From sequence record MZ475892.1: a stretch of DNA of 64,000 nucleotides; one strand, 5' to 3'. The position numbers and the translations under genes are program-made. This document shows positions 1 through 9,268 of the stretch, piece after piece. The stretch's first letter is position 1. Each line of letters starts with the position of its first letter. Under the pieces are notes generated by a model. That model saw only the letters and a list, made by a program, of their open reading frames with translations. It did no database searches and was not told where the DNA came from.

Positions 1-163
1 ACACAGAACCCGTTGGCGTAATGTCCATCTGAGATGTGTTATTGCTAAACGTACCACCAGCAACACGAAACGTCAGGACGTCGGTATGACCAGAAATCGT
101 TACGCTATCTGACCACGTAACTGGACCGCTGGCCTGCTCGACTACAGGAATCAATTCAGCCAT
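1..163 (-). CDS. Partial ORF (3' end runs off the window), probable virion structural protein
   Basis: Not in track; manual translation MAELIPVVEQASGPVTWSDSVTISGHTDVLTFRVAGG..., ATG at 163 with a GAGGA RBS, open to the window edge. Confidence 0.75.
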   Translation of the reverse strand, partial: MAELIPVVEQASGPVTWSDSVTISGHTDVLTFRVAGGTFSNNTSQMDITPTGSV

Positions 164-188
164 TGCTTTTCCTCACGATGTAGAAACT

Positions 189-212
189 AAAAAGGGCGGC
201 CGAAGCCACCCT
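189..212 (-). terminator. Intrinsic terminator (UUCG-loop hairpin plus U tract)
   Basis: Minus strand AGGGTGGC-TTCG-GCCGCCCT-TTTT just after the stop of 226..1398. Confidence 0.8.
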
Positions 213-225
213 GTGAGGAATAGGC

Positions 226-1398
226 TTAGGCGCCTGAAGTTGGAGCTGGGTCTGCCGCTTTGTAGCCACGCAGGAAGAAGACACGCATACCGGTGTTGTT
301 CGGACTGTTAGCAGTCAGAGCTTTATAGGTACGCTTCTTCGGCGTAGTGCCATCGCTTTCCATCTCGTTGTACACCTGCACGTCGAGGTCGGTACCGTTC
401 GATACAACGTCAGCAGACGCGTAACCAACAATATCCATCTCGTACGGGTAGCTGTAGCGCTGCGTGTTGAAGCCAGCAGGCAGACGGAAGTCGAAGTGGT
501 TATCCTCAGAGAATGGAACCATCTGATATGGGTTGATAACCGCTGAGCAGTCAGCACTGTGCAGATGCGCAGGAGCTGGAGCAGTCGGCGCATTCACATC
601 AGATTCACGCACGGTAAAGCGCATGAGCTGGTACGAACCTGGGCTGTACGTGATAGGACGCACTTCGGTGTTGTTATCCGCAGCGCCGCCACCGTTAACG
701 GTGAACATACAGAACAGAGGAGCTTTACCATCGACAACCACAGTACCATCGCTGTTGATAGCACGCTGAACAACGAACCACGCAGCACGGCAGCCATCAG
801 AGTCATGGCCTTCTGCCTGAATGTGAACAGCGAAGCCGTGCTCAGTCAGAGAGATGTGGTAAGTGAACGGCGTAGCTTCTGGGTCAGCGAAGATCAGACT
901 GTCTGGGTTAGTCTGAGTTGGCGTGGTAACGTTCTGTGGGAACGCCATAGTGCCGCTGTAGTACACGCTGTTTTGGTTAGCACCAGCAATACCACGATGC
1001 CAGAAGCATACTTCGGTATCACCAGTTGCACCCTGAGTACCAGTGAAGCGAGCACCAATCTGACCTGAATACTCAGGCATAGAGTTGGAGGTGGTACCAG
1101 TAGTGCCTGTCTTAGACACAGTGCCCGTGTCAGAGATCTGCGTAGGCGAAGCAACATAAAGCTGCGTGCGCTTATCAGTTCCCTTCATGGCCACACGCCA
1201 TTTCTGCGTAGCAGCCAGCGGATCAATGGTATCAGTCGCTTCGATTACGAAGGACGACAGGTCGGTAGAAGGCACAGTGGTTGCTGCCGTACCGTTGAAG
1301 CTGATCAGCTTAAAGCCATTAGCCAACAAATCATTCAGAATGTCTTTCCACATCTTCAGGTTGTTGGTGTAGCCTGATTTAACAATCAGTTTGTTCAT
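226..1398 (-). CDS. Putative tail fibre/whisker-associated virion protein (paralogue of 1417..2403)
   Basis: 390 aa, T/S/G-rich; shares blocks HGxAxHxxAEG, WFVVQR, SADC, GYxSADV and GMR with the neighbouring gene; lies in the tail module. Confidence 0.6.
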   Translation of the reverse strand: MNKLIVKSGYTNNLKMWKDILNDLLANGFKLISFNGTAATTVPSTDLSSFVIEATDTIDPLAATQKWRVAMKGTDKRTQLYVASPTQISDTGTVSKTGTTGTTSNSMPEYSGQIGARFTGTQGATGDTEVCFWHRGIAGANQNSVYYSGTMAFPQNVTTPTQTNPDSLIFADPEATPFTYHISLTEHGFAVHIQAEGHDSDGCRAAWFVVQRAINSDGTVVVDGKAPLFCMFTVNGGGAADNNTEVRPITYSPGSYQLMRFTVRESDVNAPTAPAPAHLHSADCSAVINPYQMVPFSEDNHFDFRLPAGFNTQRYSYPYEMDIVGYASADVVSNGTDLDVQVYNEMESDGTTPKKRTYKALTANSPNNTGMRVFFLRGYKAADPAPTSGA

Positions 1399-1416
1399 GT
1401 TTCAAATCCCCTAAGA

Positions 1417-2403
1417 TTAAGCTGAATCGCCGGCAGCAACAGGAAGCATCAGACGCATACCACGGTTGTCTTTACCGTTAGCGTTCATACCCTGATACAC
1501 GGTCTTATCAGCAGCTTTCAGCGGGTTCAGTTGCACCTGAGAGCCAGAAGACAGCACGTCGGCAGAGGTGTAGCCCAGCATGTCCAGTGTAGCGAAGTAC
1601 ACGTAACGCTGAGTGTTAATCATCTGCGGGAACAGCACGATAGCGCGGTTACCTTCGGCAATCATAACCTGTTGCATTGGGTTGATGATTGGGCCGCAGT
1701 CAGCGCTTGCCTGTACAGCAGACACAGGAACGGTAGCAGCATAGATGCCGTTCTCGATAACAACGTAGCGCTGAATCGATTCAGGCTTCAATGTATCAGG
1801 GTCGCCTGCCAGACCACCGCCACATGAGAACACAGCGAACAACGGACTCTGGTCACCAGGCTTAGTGTCGCCTTCCTGAACGCCGCGCTGAACAACGAAC
1901 CACGAGAACGCAGTACCGGTGTTGTCGAAGCCTTCTGCATTCACATGCAGTGCTACGCCGTGGTCAGTAACAACCAGATCGTAGGTCAGTGGGTAAGCGG
2001 TAATATCAGCAGCCGCATCCATCTTCCAGTCAGCAATCTGATCGATGAAGAAGCTGGTCAGCAAACCAGACTTAGCCATACGACCGACCTGAACTGTAGC
2101 AGAACGCATAGCAGCAGTGTAGTCTTCGGCATCAACCTGAAGATCAGGCAGGACGTTGACCGACATCTGTTTGTTTGCGTTATCAGCGGTCAGGATGATG
2201 CCCCACTTCTGAGAGGTATACAGCGGGTCTACTGACGCACTAGCCAGCAGATAGAACGACTTGCCGGTAGGGGTGACAGTAGTGCCAGCCTTACCATCGA
2301 CAGCGACCAGGGCAAAGCCTGACGTGATCAATTTAGCAACCAAGTCACGGGTCAGTGCTTCCAGACCGATGAGCTTAGTCACATTAGTGTGTTGAATTGC
2401 CAT
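1417..2403 (-). CDS. Putative tail fibre/whisker-associated virion protein (paralogue of 226..1398)
   Basis: 328 aa; same conserved blocks as its neighbour; tail module context. Confidence 0.6.
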   Translation of the reverse strand: MAIQHTNVTKLIGLEALTRDLVAKLITSGFALVAVDGKAGTTVTPTGKSFYLLASASVDPLYTSQKWGIILTADNANKQMSVNVLPDLQVDAEDYTAAMRSATVQVGRMAKSGLLTSFFIDQIADWKMDAAADITAYPLTYDLVVTDHGVALHVNAEGFDNTGTAFSWFVVQRGVQEGDTKPGDQSPLFAVFSCGGGLAGDPDTLKPESIQRYVVIENGIYAATVPVSAVQASADCGPIINPMQQVMIAEGNRAIVLFPQMINTQRYVYFATLDMLGYTSADVLSSGSQVQLNPLKAADKTVYQGMNANGKDNRGMRLMLPVAAGDSA

Positions 2404-2410
2404 ATGTCAA

Positions 2411-3196
2411 TCACTCCAATACAAGATAGGTGACAGTGAGTTTAGGTTTTGCAGGGGACGTGCCGATATTCTTCATCCGCCACGAAACAACGTTGGTGTT
2501 ATCTCGGTTAGCCAAGAAGCTATAACGACGCAGCTTTTTCAAGACAGGGTTACCGTCAGCATCCTCGTCGTAGAATACGCCATCATCTACCAAGAAATTA
2601 GCAGTAGAGCGGAATAAATACGGGTTTCTGTCAGAACGATCAGAGGATTCGAACGCAGACAACTCAATGTCGAAAGCATTTGTCTCCACGCGTATGAGCA
2701 TACACGATTTGTTCATCGTCAGGTCGAAGTCAAGTTGTTGGCCAGGCGTGAGATACGCACCAGCTTCGAACTCAACAGTTTTACGCACGCCCTGGTTTTC
2801 GTTGCCGCTCATATCAACCCACATCATCGTACCGTTAGCGCCAGAGGTGAGGGTCATACCCGCATACTCAGGTTCAGGCACTTGCTTATTGGGATCGATA
2901 CCAACAACAGTTAAACCAGTTTCATCTACAGCGGTTACGAACGGAGCATCAAAACGATAGTTCGATCCTCCGAATTTCGCTTCCTCCCATGTTACGTTGT
3001 CTGTACCAAGTTGATACATCTTCTTGGTCTCTGTGACGTAACACAACATCCCAGGCTTTTTATTACCTACAGACATTGCGTTACGATCAGCAAGAGTTGG
3101 CAGACAGCGCATACCCCCTCGAAGATATTTGTCCTCGAGGAGATATGGGAGAGCTGTAGATGCAGGCACCAAGAACGAAGTCATGTTGACCGGCAT
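2411..3196 (-). CDS. Putative tail fibre-associated structural protein
   Basis: N-terminal LLEDKYLRGG...LADRNAM...GMLCYV.ETKKMYQL resembles a module common in phage fibre/appendage proteins; GGAG RBS. Confidence 0.5.
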   Translation of the reverse strand: MPVNMTSFLVPASTALPYLLEDKYLRGGMRCLPTLADRNAMSVGNKKPGMLCYVTETKKMYQLGTDNVTWEEAKFGGSNYRFDAPFVTAVDETGLTVVGIDPNKQVPEPEYAGMTLTSGANGTMMWVDMSGNENQGVRKTVEFEAGAYLTPGQQLDFDLTMNKSCMLIRVETNAFDIELSAFESSDRSDRNPYLFRSTANFLVDDGVFYDEDADGNPVLKKLRRYSFLANRDNTNVVSWRMKNIGTSPAKPKLTVTYLVLE

Positions 3197-3208
3197 CTAC
3201 TTTCTCCT

Positions 3209-6200
3209 TTACGCAGTACCTGAGCCTGGGGTAGAAGAACCATAGGTCAGTTTGAACGTATACGCCAGATTATCAAACGGGAAGTCGTTGCGGTAAACAA
3301 CATAGTCCACGCCGTTAATCTGAACTTCCGCAGGACCTGCAAAGTTGAAGTCGTCAAACTCCAACGCGCCATCCCATGAACCAGCAAAGCCCTGTGCAGA
3401 CTCCACGAAGTAACCGTAACCCAGAGACTTAGGCCACGCAACGTAGAAGAACACGTTGTTGCTACTTGTACTGGTGTTAGCAGGGCACGTCAGCGTCTGT
3501 TGACCGCTAAGCGTCAGCGCATTTTGCAGACCAGAAACGAACTGTGCATCGTAGTTCGTAACAGAGGTCACCTTAGTGCGATAGCCGAAGCGAGCACCCA
3601 GGTCAGCAACCTGCTCTTTCTTCAACGTCACGTCTTTGGTTGCAGTCTTGCTTACACCGTTCTTGGTATAAGTCAGAGTGATTGTGACAACAGCATCAGC
3701 AGTCACTTTGTCAGACTTGAGCAAGCCGCCTACAACGCTCAGGCCAGTAGCAGTACCAGACTTAACAGCAACAGACCACACGCTACCGCTATCAGCAGTT
3801 ACGTCAGGCGTGGTGCCATCAGACATAGTAGCAGTACCAGTGTACTGAGTGTTCACGCCGCCGATGATTGAATCACTACCAGTGATAGTAACTGAATCAG
3901 GTGTCGCAGGAGCAGGCGTGTTCGTTACAGTCAGGTTCGCAGTTTGCGCTTGGCTGTTATACGAAGCAGTACCAACGATGATCGTCTGTTGCGCGGACGT
4001 CACAGTGTTACCAACGATCTTGTCCGTGCCGTTAAACGTAAACGCAGTAGAGCTACCGCTTGAACGACTAACAACAGGAGTCAGGTCAACCGTGCTACCG
4101 CCAGAAAGAGTCAGACGCAGGACATAAGTACCGGTCTCACCTTTGTTGACAGCAGTTGGACCCACCAGCTCGCGCTTAGTGATGGTCTCAGCTTGGTTGA
4201 TAATCTGAATCGTTTTCTCTGGCGTGTACGCAGTACCATCAACAGTGACGTTAGCAGCACGCAGCGTTGCGGTTTGGTTCTGGCTGATCGTGTTCGCAGG
4301 AACATTAACTTTCGTGCGGCTCGCGGTCGTACCAGACAGCAACTGAGCATAAGCAGCACCTTGAGGCAGTGTCCACGTTGGGTTAGTAGCGGTGTATTCT
4401 ACCACAGTGCCGGACAGACGCGTCACACGCACATAGTATTCACCAGCAGTACCGCCCTCAGTGATTGAGTCAGGACCTACAATGTCTACAGTGCTTACGG
4501 TGTCAGTCGGACCAGTTACAGTGAAGCTAACAGTACCAGTCTTCGTCACGCCGCCAACAGTTGCAGTAACGTTGATAGTGAACGTCAGACTTCCGTAGAA
4601 CCCGTTAAGAGCTTTCGTGGTACGAATGCGCCAGCCAGTTGTTCCGCCAGCAACGATCTCGAAATACTGAGCAGTCGCAGCAGGCAAGGTGTAGCTGAGT
4701 TCCGCACTTGTGCCTTCACGCGTAGAGTTATCGCTGAACGTCAGAGTGCTATGCAGGTCCTTCGCAGTCTGTGCAGCATCGTTAAATGCATACGCAGGTG
4801 TAGGAGCAGCAGGCTGAACCGACAGCAGACTGATAACGACCACGTTCTTGACCAACACGGATTTCTGTGCAGTCAAGCCACCAGCAGTCGCACGAATCAA
4901 TGCAGTGCTATCCTGAGTTACTTCGCCAGCAGTCAACACACCCGTTTGAGCGATTGATGCGAACGCGCTACCCTGAATAACTGACCACGTAGGTGAGGCC
5001 ACCTGAACTTCACTTCCATCACTGTAGATTGACCATGCAGTGTATGGGCTGGTGGAGTTCTCGTTCATCTGGTCTGCGCCACGCACTTCCAGACTAACAA
5101 CAGTCGGTGGATTACCAACGATTGATACAGGCAGCGTTGCAGTCTTCGTAATACCGTTTTCAGTATACGAGGCGTAGATGGTCACGCTAGACGTAGCGAC
5201 AGGAACAGCACCAACAGTCAACGTTGAGTTATCGAATGTAGCGTACTGGTTAGTCGCTTGCAGACGGAACTCATTCGGGCTAACTGTTTCTGTATGACCA
5301 TCAGAGTAAGTAGCGAGCACGGTGTAACCCGTCTGCGTCTTCTCTTGCACTGACGATGGACCGATAATCTGAATCTTCGTCAGGTCAACAACAGGCACCA
5401 CATTGACGACAGTCAGATTGAGCGTAGCGTTGACCGTGTGAGTACCTTCTTTGTAAGAAGCGGACAGCACGACAGGAACGTCAGCAGTCACAGTACCAGC
5501 AGTAACGGTCTTGTTGACGATGGTCACAATATCCAGACGGTCAGCAGTAAACGTCAGAGGGTCAACGGTACGCGTGTGGCCATCAGAGTAAGTTGCGAGG
5601 AAAGTATAGTTCGCACTTTCGCCGCTGCGAATCGTGTTCGCACCCTGAATTGCCAGAGCAGTAACGAAGATCTCTTCTGCTTCATGGATGATTGTGATAG
5701 GCTTGGTGCCTGTAATCGTCTGCGAGCCTGACGTGTAACTTGCATTCAGCATAACAGCGCGATCTTGTGCTGTCTCTTTGCGTGCAGTAACGACATTGGC
5801 ATCGATAGCGGTGTAGGTAGCAGGAGACGCTGTGAATGAATTGGCAGTTACCATTTCAGTGTCACCGTTCGACCAAGTTACCTTGAACGTGTACGAGGCA
5901 GAAGCCTGTGACGCGATGGTATCTTGTCCGAGAATCTCCAGCTTAGTCATCACCTGCGCCTTGACTGTTACGTCTTTGGTCGCTGTGAAATCTACGCCGT
6001 TATAGGTGTACGTTGCAGTCAGAGTAGAAACGGTATCAGTCGCAACTTTCTGTGCGGTACCCACCAGACCAACAAGCGACAGCACATCCGTTTTAGATGA
6101 GGTGAAGTTATTAGGCTGGACAGTTGCAACAGCGCCTGACTTATAGCGAGCAGTCACGCTGTAGGTTTCTTTCTGCTTGTACAACAGGCTGCTAGAACCA

Positions 6201-7222
6201 ATGATGGCGATAGATACCAGCTCATCATTTGGGATGAATGCGTTCTTAATCAGCAGGTCGTAAGTAGCTGTTACCGTATTGCCGTACACAGGGTCAATCT
6301 TGGTCGCAGTCACTTTGAGAACTACGTCAGCAGACAAATCAGGAGCGGTAACAGTACCGTCTTCTGAGATAGTCACACCGATAACGTTCTCTTGAATCGT
6401 CCACACAACGCCAGTAGGATTGTGCTCGATACGGTCAGACCATTCAGCGTCGATAGCCAGCTTAACGCTAGAGTTATCTGACATGTACGAAGCTGAACCA
6501 GGCAGGCTGATACGCAGATTCATTAAGTGAGGAGATTCCCACTCAACGTTGTCTGACACAGGCTTGATCCACTTACCAATGTATTTGTTCGCATTGGCTG
6601 GGTCCTGATCAACGATTGCCAGAACGTAGCCAGGCTGCGGCTGATTCGAAGAAGCTACCTCAACAAACGCTGAGGAGTTAAGACGAATCATCGTGCGAGG
6701 ATAGTCTGGATGATCGTGATTGGTCGGATAGCGTGGGTCTGACATACGTGGGTCAGAGCCAGATACCGCAATAGGGTCTTCTGCATCAGCAGGGTCCGTC
6801 TTCGTCTGCACACTACCGATACGATTCGTAGTAGCGTGAGGGATTTCGAGATCCCCTTCTTCGATGCCCAGGTCACCAGCATTCTCCACAACGCGGCGGA
6901 AGAACTGCTTAGAGTTAAACAGCGAAGCGTAGTCAGGAACGGACACCCAAGAACCACGGTGATTGCCGTCAGACACATGGCTGGTGCGGCGCAGCACATA
7001 CTGATACTGTGGGCTGCCTGAGTTAGCATCAATCCAAATCAGATTGTATGGCTTCTCAGAGAATGACGGCTCTGTCAGCGACACTACAACTTGATACACA
7101 TCGGTCTGATCGTTCGCATTGGGACGAAACAGGAACGTGATTGGGTTGCGTGGAGTCAGGCCGCGAGTACGGGCCAAAGCGATGTACTGCTTGGCGAATC
7201 CGTCAATGGTGGTCACACTCAT
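3209..7222 (-). CDS. Large Ig-like-repeat virion protein (tail fibre/whisker)
   Basis: 1337 aa; roughly nine ~90-aa beta-rich repeats of pattern I.G...I......YTV.ATYSDG....V; distinct N- and C-terminal domains each duplicated in neighbouring genes. Confidence 0.75.
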   Translation of the reverse strand: MSVTTIDGFAKQYIALARTRGLTPRNPITFLFRPNANDQTDVYQVVVSLTEPSFSEKPYNLIWIDANSGSPQYQYVLRRTSHVSDGNHRGSWVSVPDYASLFNSKQFFRRVVENAGDLGIEEGDLEIPHATTNRIGSVQTKTDPADAEDPIAVSGSDPRMSDPRYPTNHDHPDYPRTMIRLNSSAFVEVASSNQPQPGYVLAIVDQDPANANKYIGKWIKPVSDNVEWESPHLMNLRISLPGSASYMSDNSSVKLAIDAEWSDRIEHNPTGVVWTIQENVIGVTISEDGTVTAPDLSADVVLKVTATKIDPVYGNTVTATYDLLIKNAFIPNDELVSIAIIGSSSLLYKQKETYSVTARYKSGAVATVQPNNFTSSKTDVLSLVGLVGTAQKVATDTVSTLTATYTYNGVDFTATKDVTVKAQVMTKLEILGQDTIASQASASYTFKVTWSNGDTEMVTANSFTASPATYTAIDANVVTARKETAQDRAVMLNASYTSGSQTITGTKPITIIHEAEEIFVTALAIQGANTIRSGESANYTFLATYSDGHTRTVDPLTFTADRLDIVTIVNKTVTAGTVTADVPVVLSASYKEGTHTVNATLNLTVVNVVPVVDLTKIQIIGPSSVQEKTQTGYTVLATYSDGHTETVSPNEFRLQATNQYATFDNSTLTVGAVPVATSSVTIYASYTENGITKTATLPVSIVGNPPTVVSLEVRGADQMNENSTSPYTAWSIYSDGSEVQVASPTWSVIQGSAFASIAQTGVLTAGEVTQDSTALIRATAGGLTAQKSVLVKNVVVISLLSVQPAAPTPAYAFNDAAQTAKDLHSTLTFSDNSTREGTSAELSYTLPAATAQYFEIVAGGTTGWRIRTTKALNGFYGSLTFTINVTATVGGVTKTGTVSFTVTGPTDTVSTVDIVGPDSITEGGTAGEYYVRVTRLSGTVVEYTATNPTWTLPQGAAYAQLLSGTTASRTKVNVPANTISQNQTATLRAANVTVDGTAYTPEKTIQIINQAETITKRELVGPTAVNKGETGTYVLRLTLSGGSTVDLTPVVSRSSGSSTAFTFNGTDKIVGNTVTSAQQTIIVGTASYNSQAQTANLTVTNTPAPATPDSVTITGSDSIIGGVNTQYTGTATMSDGTTPDVTADSGSVWSVAVKSGTATGLSVVGGLLKSDKVTADAVVTITLTYTKNGVSKTATKDVTLKKEQVADLGARFGYRTKVTSVTNYDAQFVSGLQNALTLSGQQTLTCPANTSTSSNNVFFYVAWPKSLGYGYFVESAQGFAGSWDGALEFDDFNFAGPAEVQINGVDYVVYRNDFPFDNLAYTFKLTYGSSTPGSGTA

Positions 7223-7851
7223 GCTTTTTTCTCCAGAATATCGGTCGCAAGCAATTGACCATATGAAGCCTTAACTGTCGAATCAGCAACAAACGTAGAA
7301 CCATTCTGACCGACGGTAGCATCCATGTTGACTTTATCCTGCACGGTCTTCACTTCGACTAGAGGCTTCTCTGGGTGCATCTCATCGTGAGGCAGCGGTG
7401 TACGCTTGTCAGTATTGCGTGGGTCAGATACAGCAACAAACGTTGGACGACCAACAGAAGCAGGCTCAGTTGTGAGACGAGCAATACCATACTCATCCAC
7501 AGCAGCATTAGGAATATCTGCGCCGCCTTCAAGGTCAGCCGGATCGTAATACTGCGGTGCCCAGAACGAGTTGAAGTTCTTCACTTCTTCCCAAGTGTTC
7601 TGATAGCCACCAGACGGTTGCTTGTTCTTACGCGCAATGAACTTGCGGTAGAAGGCGCTGTTAACATCCATGCACAACCAGACGACATTCATCGGCAACA
7701 CAACGCCAACAGGCTCTTGCGATGCAACAATGTGCGTGCAGCTAATGTTGAGTGTCGGGTTAATCTGGCGCACGATTTGGTCTTTCGTCGTATCGTCAGC
7801 GAAACCAGTAACGGCCAACAGAGCAGCGGCCAGATCATTCAGTGTAGTCAT
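7219..7851 (-). CDS. Virion protein paralogous to the N-terminal domain of 3209..7222
   Basis: Start moved to ATG 7851 (MTTLNDL..., GGAG RBS); shares N.[IV]W[IL], W..V and SDPR..D.R.P..H..HP motifs. Confidence 0.65.
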   Translation of the reverse strand: MTTLNDLAAALLAVTGFADDTTKDQIVRQINPTLNISCTHIVASQEPVGVVLPMNVVWLCMDVNSAFYRKFIARKNKQPSGGYQNTWEEVKNFNSFWAPQYYDPADLEGGADIPNAAVDEYGIARLTTEPASVGRPTFVAVSDPRNTDKRTPLPHDEMHPEKPLVEVKTVQDKVNMDATVGQNGSTFVADSTVKASYGQLLATDILEKKA

Positions 7852-7861
7852 AACCGCTCCA

Positions 7862-8500
7862 TTAGTTGGAAGGTGAGGCGAGTTCGGACTCACGTACTTT
7901 ACGCCATTGAAGCGTGTTGTCTTCAAGCACCATAATCTGGTTAACTTGAGGTACGTTCTGGTCCTTAATCGGAACAAACTCTTCGCCGTAGCTACCGTTG
8001 ATACTGATCATGGTGGCAGGCTTCTCGGGGTGCGTGTGATCTTTCGGGTCACGGTTATTCGTCAGTGTTTCATCACCTTCGAGGATAACACGAGATTCAG
8101 CTTCTGGATAAGACAGATAGCCGACACCACGAGTAAGAGAAGTGGCCAGAGGAGGCAGCGACTGATTAATGACTTTGAGATCATCTGGGTCATATTGCTG
8201 GTCAGTCATCGCATCTTCATAGAAGTACAGCTGGGTCCATACGTCTTTGTACGGATCGATTGGGTCTTTCACTGTACGCTTGAAAGCAGTACGGAAAGTG
8301 GAAGACTCTGGGTCCAAGTCAATCCAGATACCATTGACAGGCAGGACCACATAACGCGGAATCGCATACGAGCAGTAGAACAACAGACCTAACTGCGAAC
8401 CGTCTTTGGGCAGACGAAACATGATTGGGTTTTTGTTCTGCTGGTGGATATTCGTAAGCAACTCAACGTTACTGATGAACTGTTCAAGTTTCAGTTCCAT
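7862..8500 (-). CDS. Virion protein paralogous to the N-terminal domain of 3209..7222
   Basis: 212 aa; PIMFRLP, NGIWIDLDPES and DHTHPEKP match the family; GGAG RBS. Confidence 0.65.
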   Translation of the reverse strand: MELKLEQFISNVELLTNIHQQNKNPIMFRLPKDGSQLGLLFYCSYAIPRYVVLPVNGIWIDLDPESSTFRTAFKRTVKDPIDPYKDVWTQLYFYEDAMTDQQYDPDDLKVINQSLPPLATSLTRGVGYLSYPEAESRVILEGDETLTNNRDPKDHTHPEKPATMISINGSYGEEFVPIKDQNVPQVNQIMVLEDNTLQWRKVRESELASPSN

Positions 8501-8531
8501 TGTGTTCTCCGTGTAACCATAAGCGGTGATT

Positions 8532-8539
8532 AAAATTAT
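8532..8539 (-). promoter_or_regulatory. Putative late-class phage promoter motif ATAATTTT
   Basis: Recurrent MTAATTTY motif, about 32 bp upstream of ATG 8500. Confidence 0.5.
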
Positions 8540-9222
8540 ACAGGGTCGCCGGACTTGTTGCTGGTACTGCCGTATTTAATACGGAATACATAATCGAGGC
8601 TGTCGAATGGGAAGTCGTTACGATAAACGACATAATCATAACCGCCTAAAGATACTTCGGCTGCACCTTCAAAGTTGAAGTCGTCAAACTCCATTGCACC
8701 ATCCCACGAGCCTGTAAAGCCTTGCGCTGTCTCTTGGAAGAATCCATACATGAGACGCTTAGGCCAAGCAACATAGAAGAAGCGTTTGTTGTCAGACGTA
8801 GATTCATCCGGAGGGCACGTAATGAGCTGGTCGCCTGTCTCTGTAAGAGTAGCGAGCGTAAGCGATCGGAAGAATGCGTCATCGTAATCGGTAAGCGACA
8901 TAACTTTGTCATGAATACCAAAGCGAGGTCCGTACTCACCGCTGAACGGAACGGAGACATGCACCGTGTTTGAGACACGCAGCGGCGTATCTGTATTGCC
9001 ATACACCTTAGCAGTCAATCGATGTTCGCCCGTATCAAGAGTCAGGTCAGGCGCATCCAGACGAACAGTTCCTGTGCGTGAATACAGGACCTTACCGTTC
9101 TGATCTTCGATTGTTGTTTTGGTGACGCCCGTAGTGTTGTCATTAGAAATGGTGGACTGCATAGTATACGCACGAGGAAGCGCGATATAGTCCATGCTGT
9201 TACCAACGGCCAAAATGAACAT
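8536..9222 (-). CDS. Virion protein with a C-terminal domain duplicated from 3209..7222
   Basis: Shares FFYVAWPK, GF.GSWDGA.EFDDFNF and YVVYRNDFPFD with the C-terminus of the 1337-aa protein; GAGGT RBS. Confidence 0.7.
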   Translation of the reverse strand: MFILAVGNSMDYIALPRAYTMQSTISNDNTTGVTKTTIEDQNGKVLYSRTGTVRLDAPDLTLDTGEHRLTAKVYGNTDTPLRVSNTVHVSVPFSGEYGPRFGIHDKVMSLTDYDDAFFRSLTLATLTETGDQLITCPPDESTSDNKRFFYVAWPKRLMYGFFQETAQGFTGSWDGAMEFDDFNFEGAAEVSLGGYDYVVYRNDFPFDSLDYVFRIKYGSTSNKSGDPV

Positions 9223-9239
9223 ATGACCTCACAATACGA

Positions 9240-9264
9240 AAAAGGAGGACCGAAGCCCTCCCTT
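9240..9264 (-). terminator. Intrinsic terminator after tail sheath
   Basis: Minus strand AGGGAGGGC-TTCG-GTCCTCCT-TTT. Confidence 0.75.
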
Positions 9265-9268
9265 ATGA

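Noticed and set aside
7852-7977. Extended N-termini given by the ORF track (also 12958-13014, 33686-33712, 37296-37346, 42025-42141, 45262-45420, 45973-46104, 49961-50008)
   Set aside because: They overlap upstream genes, terminators or promoter motifs; downstream ATGs have proper RBSs
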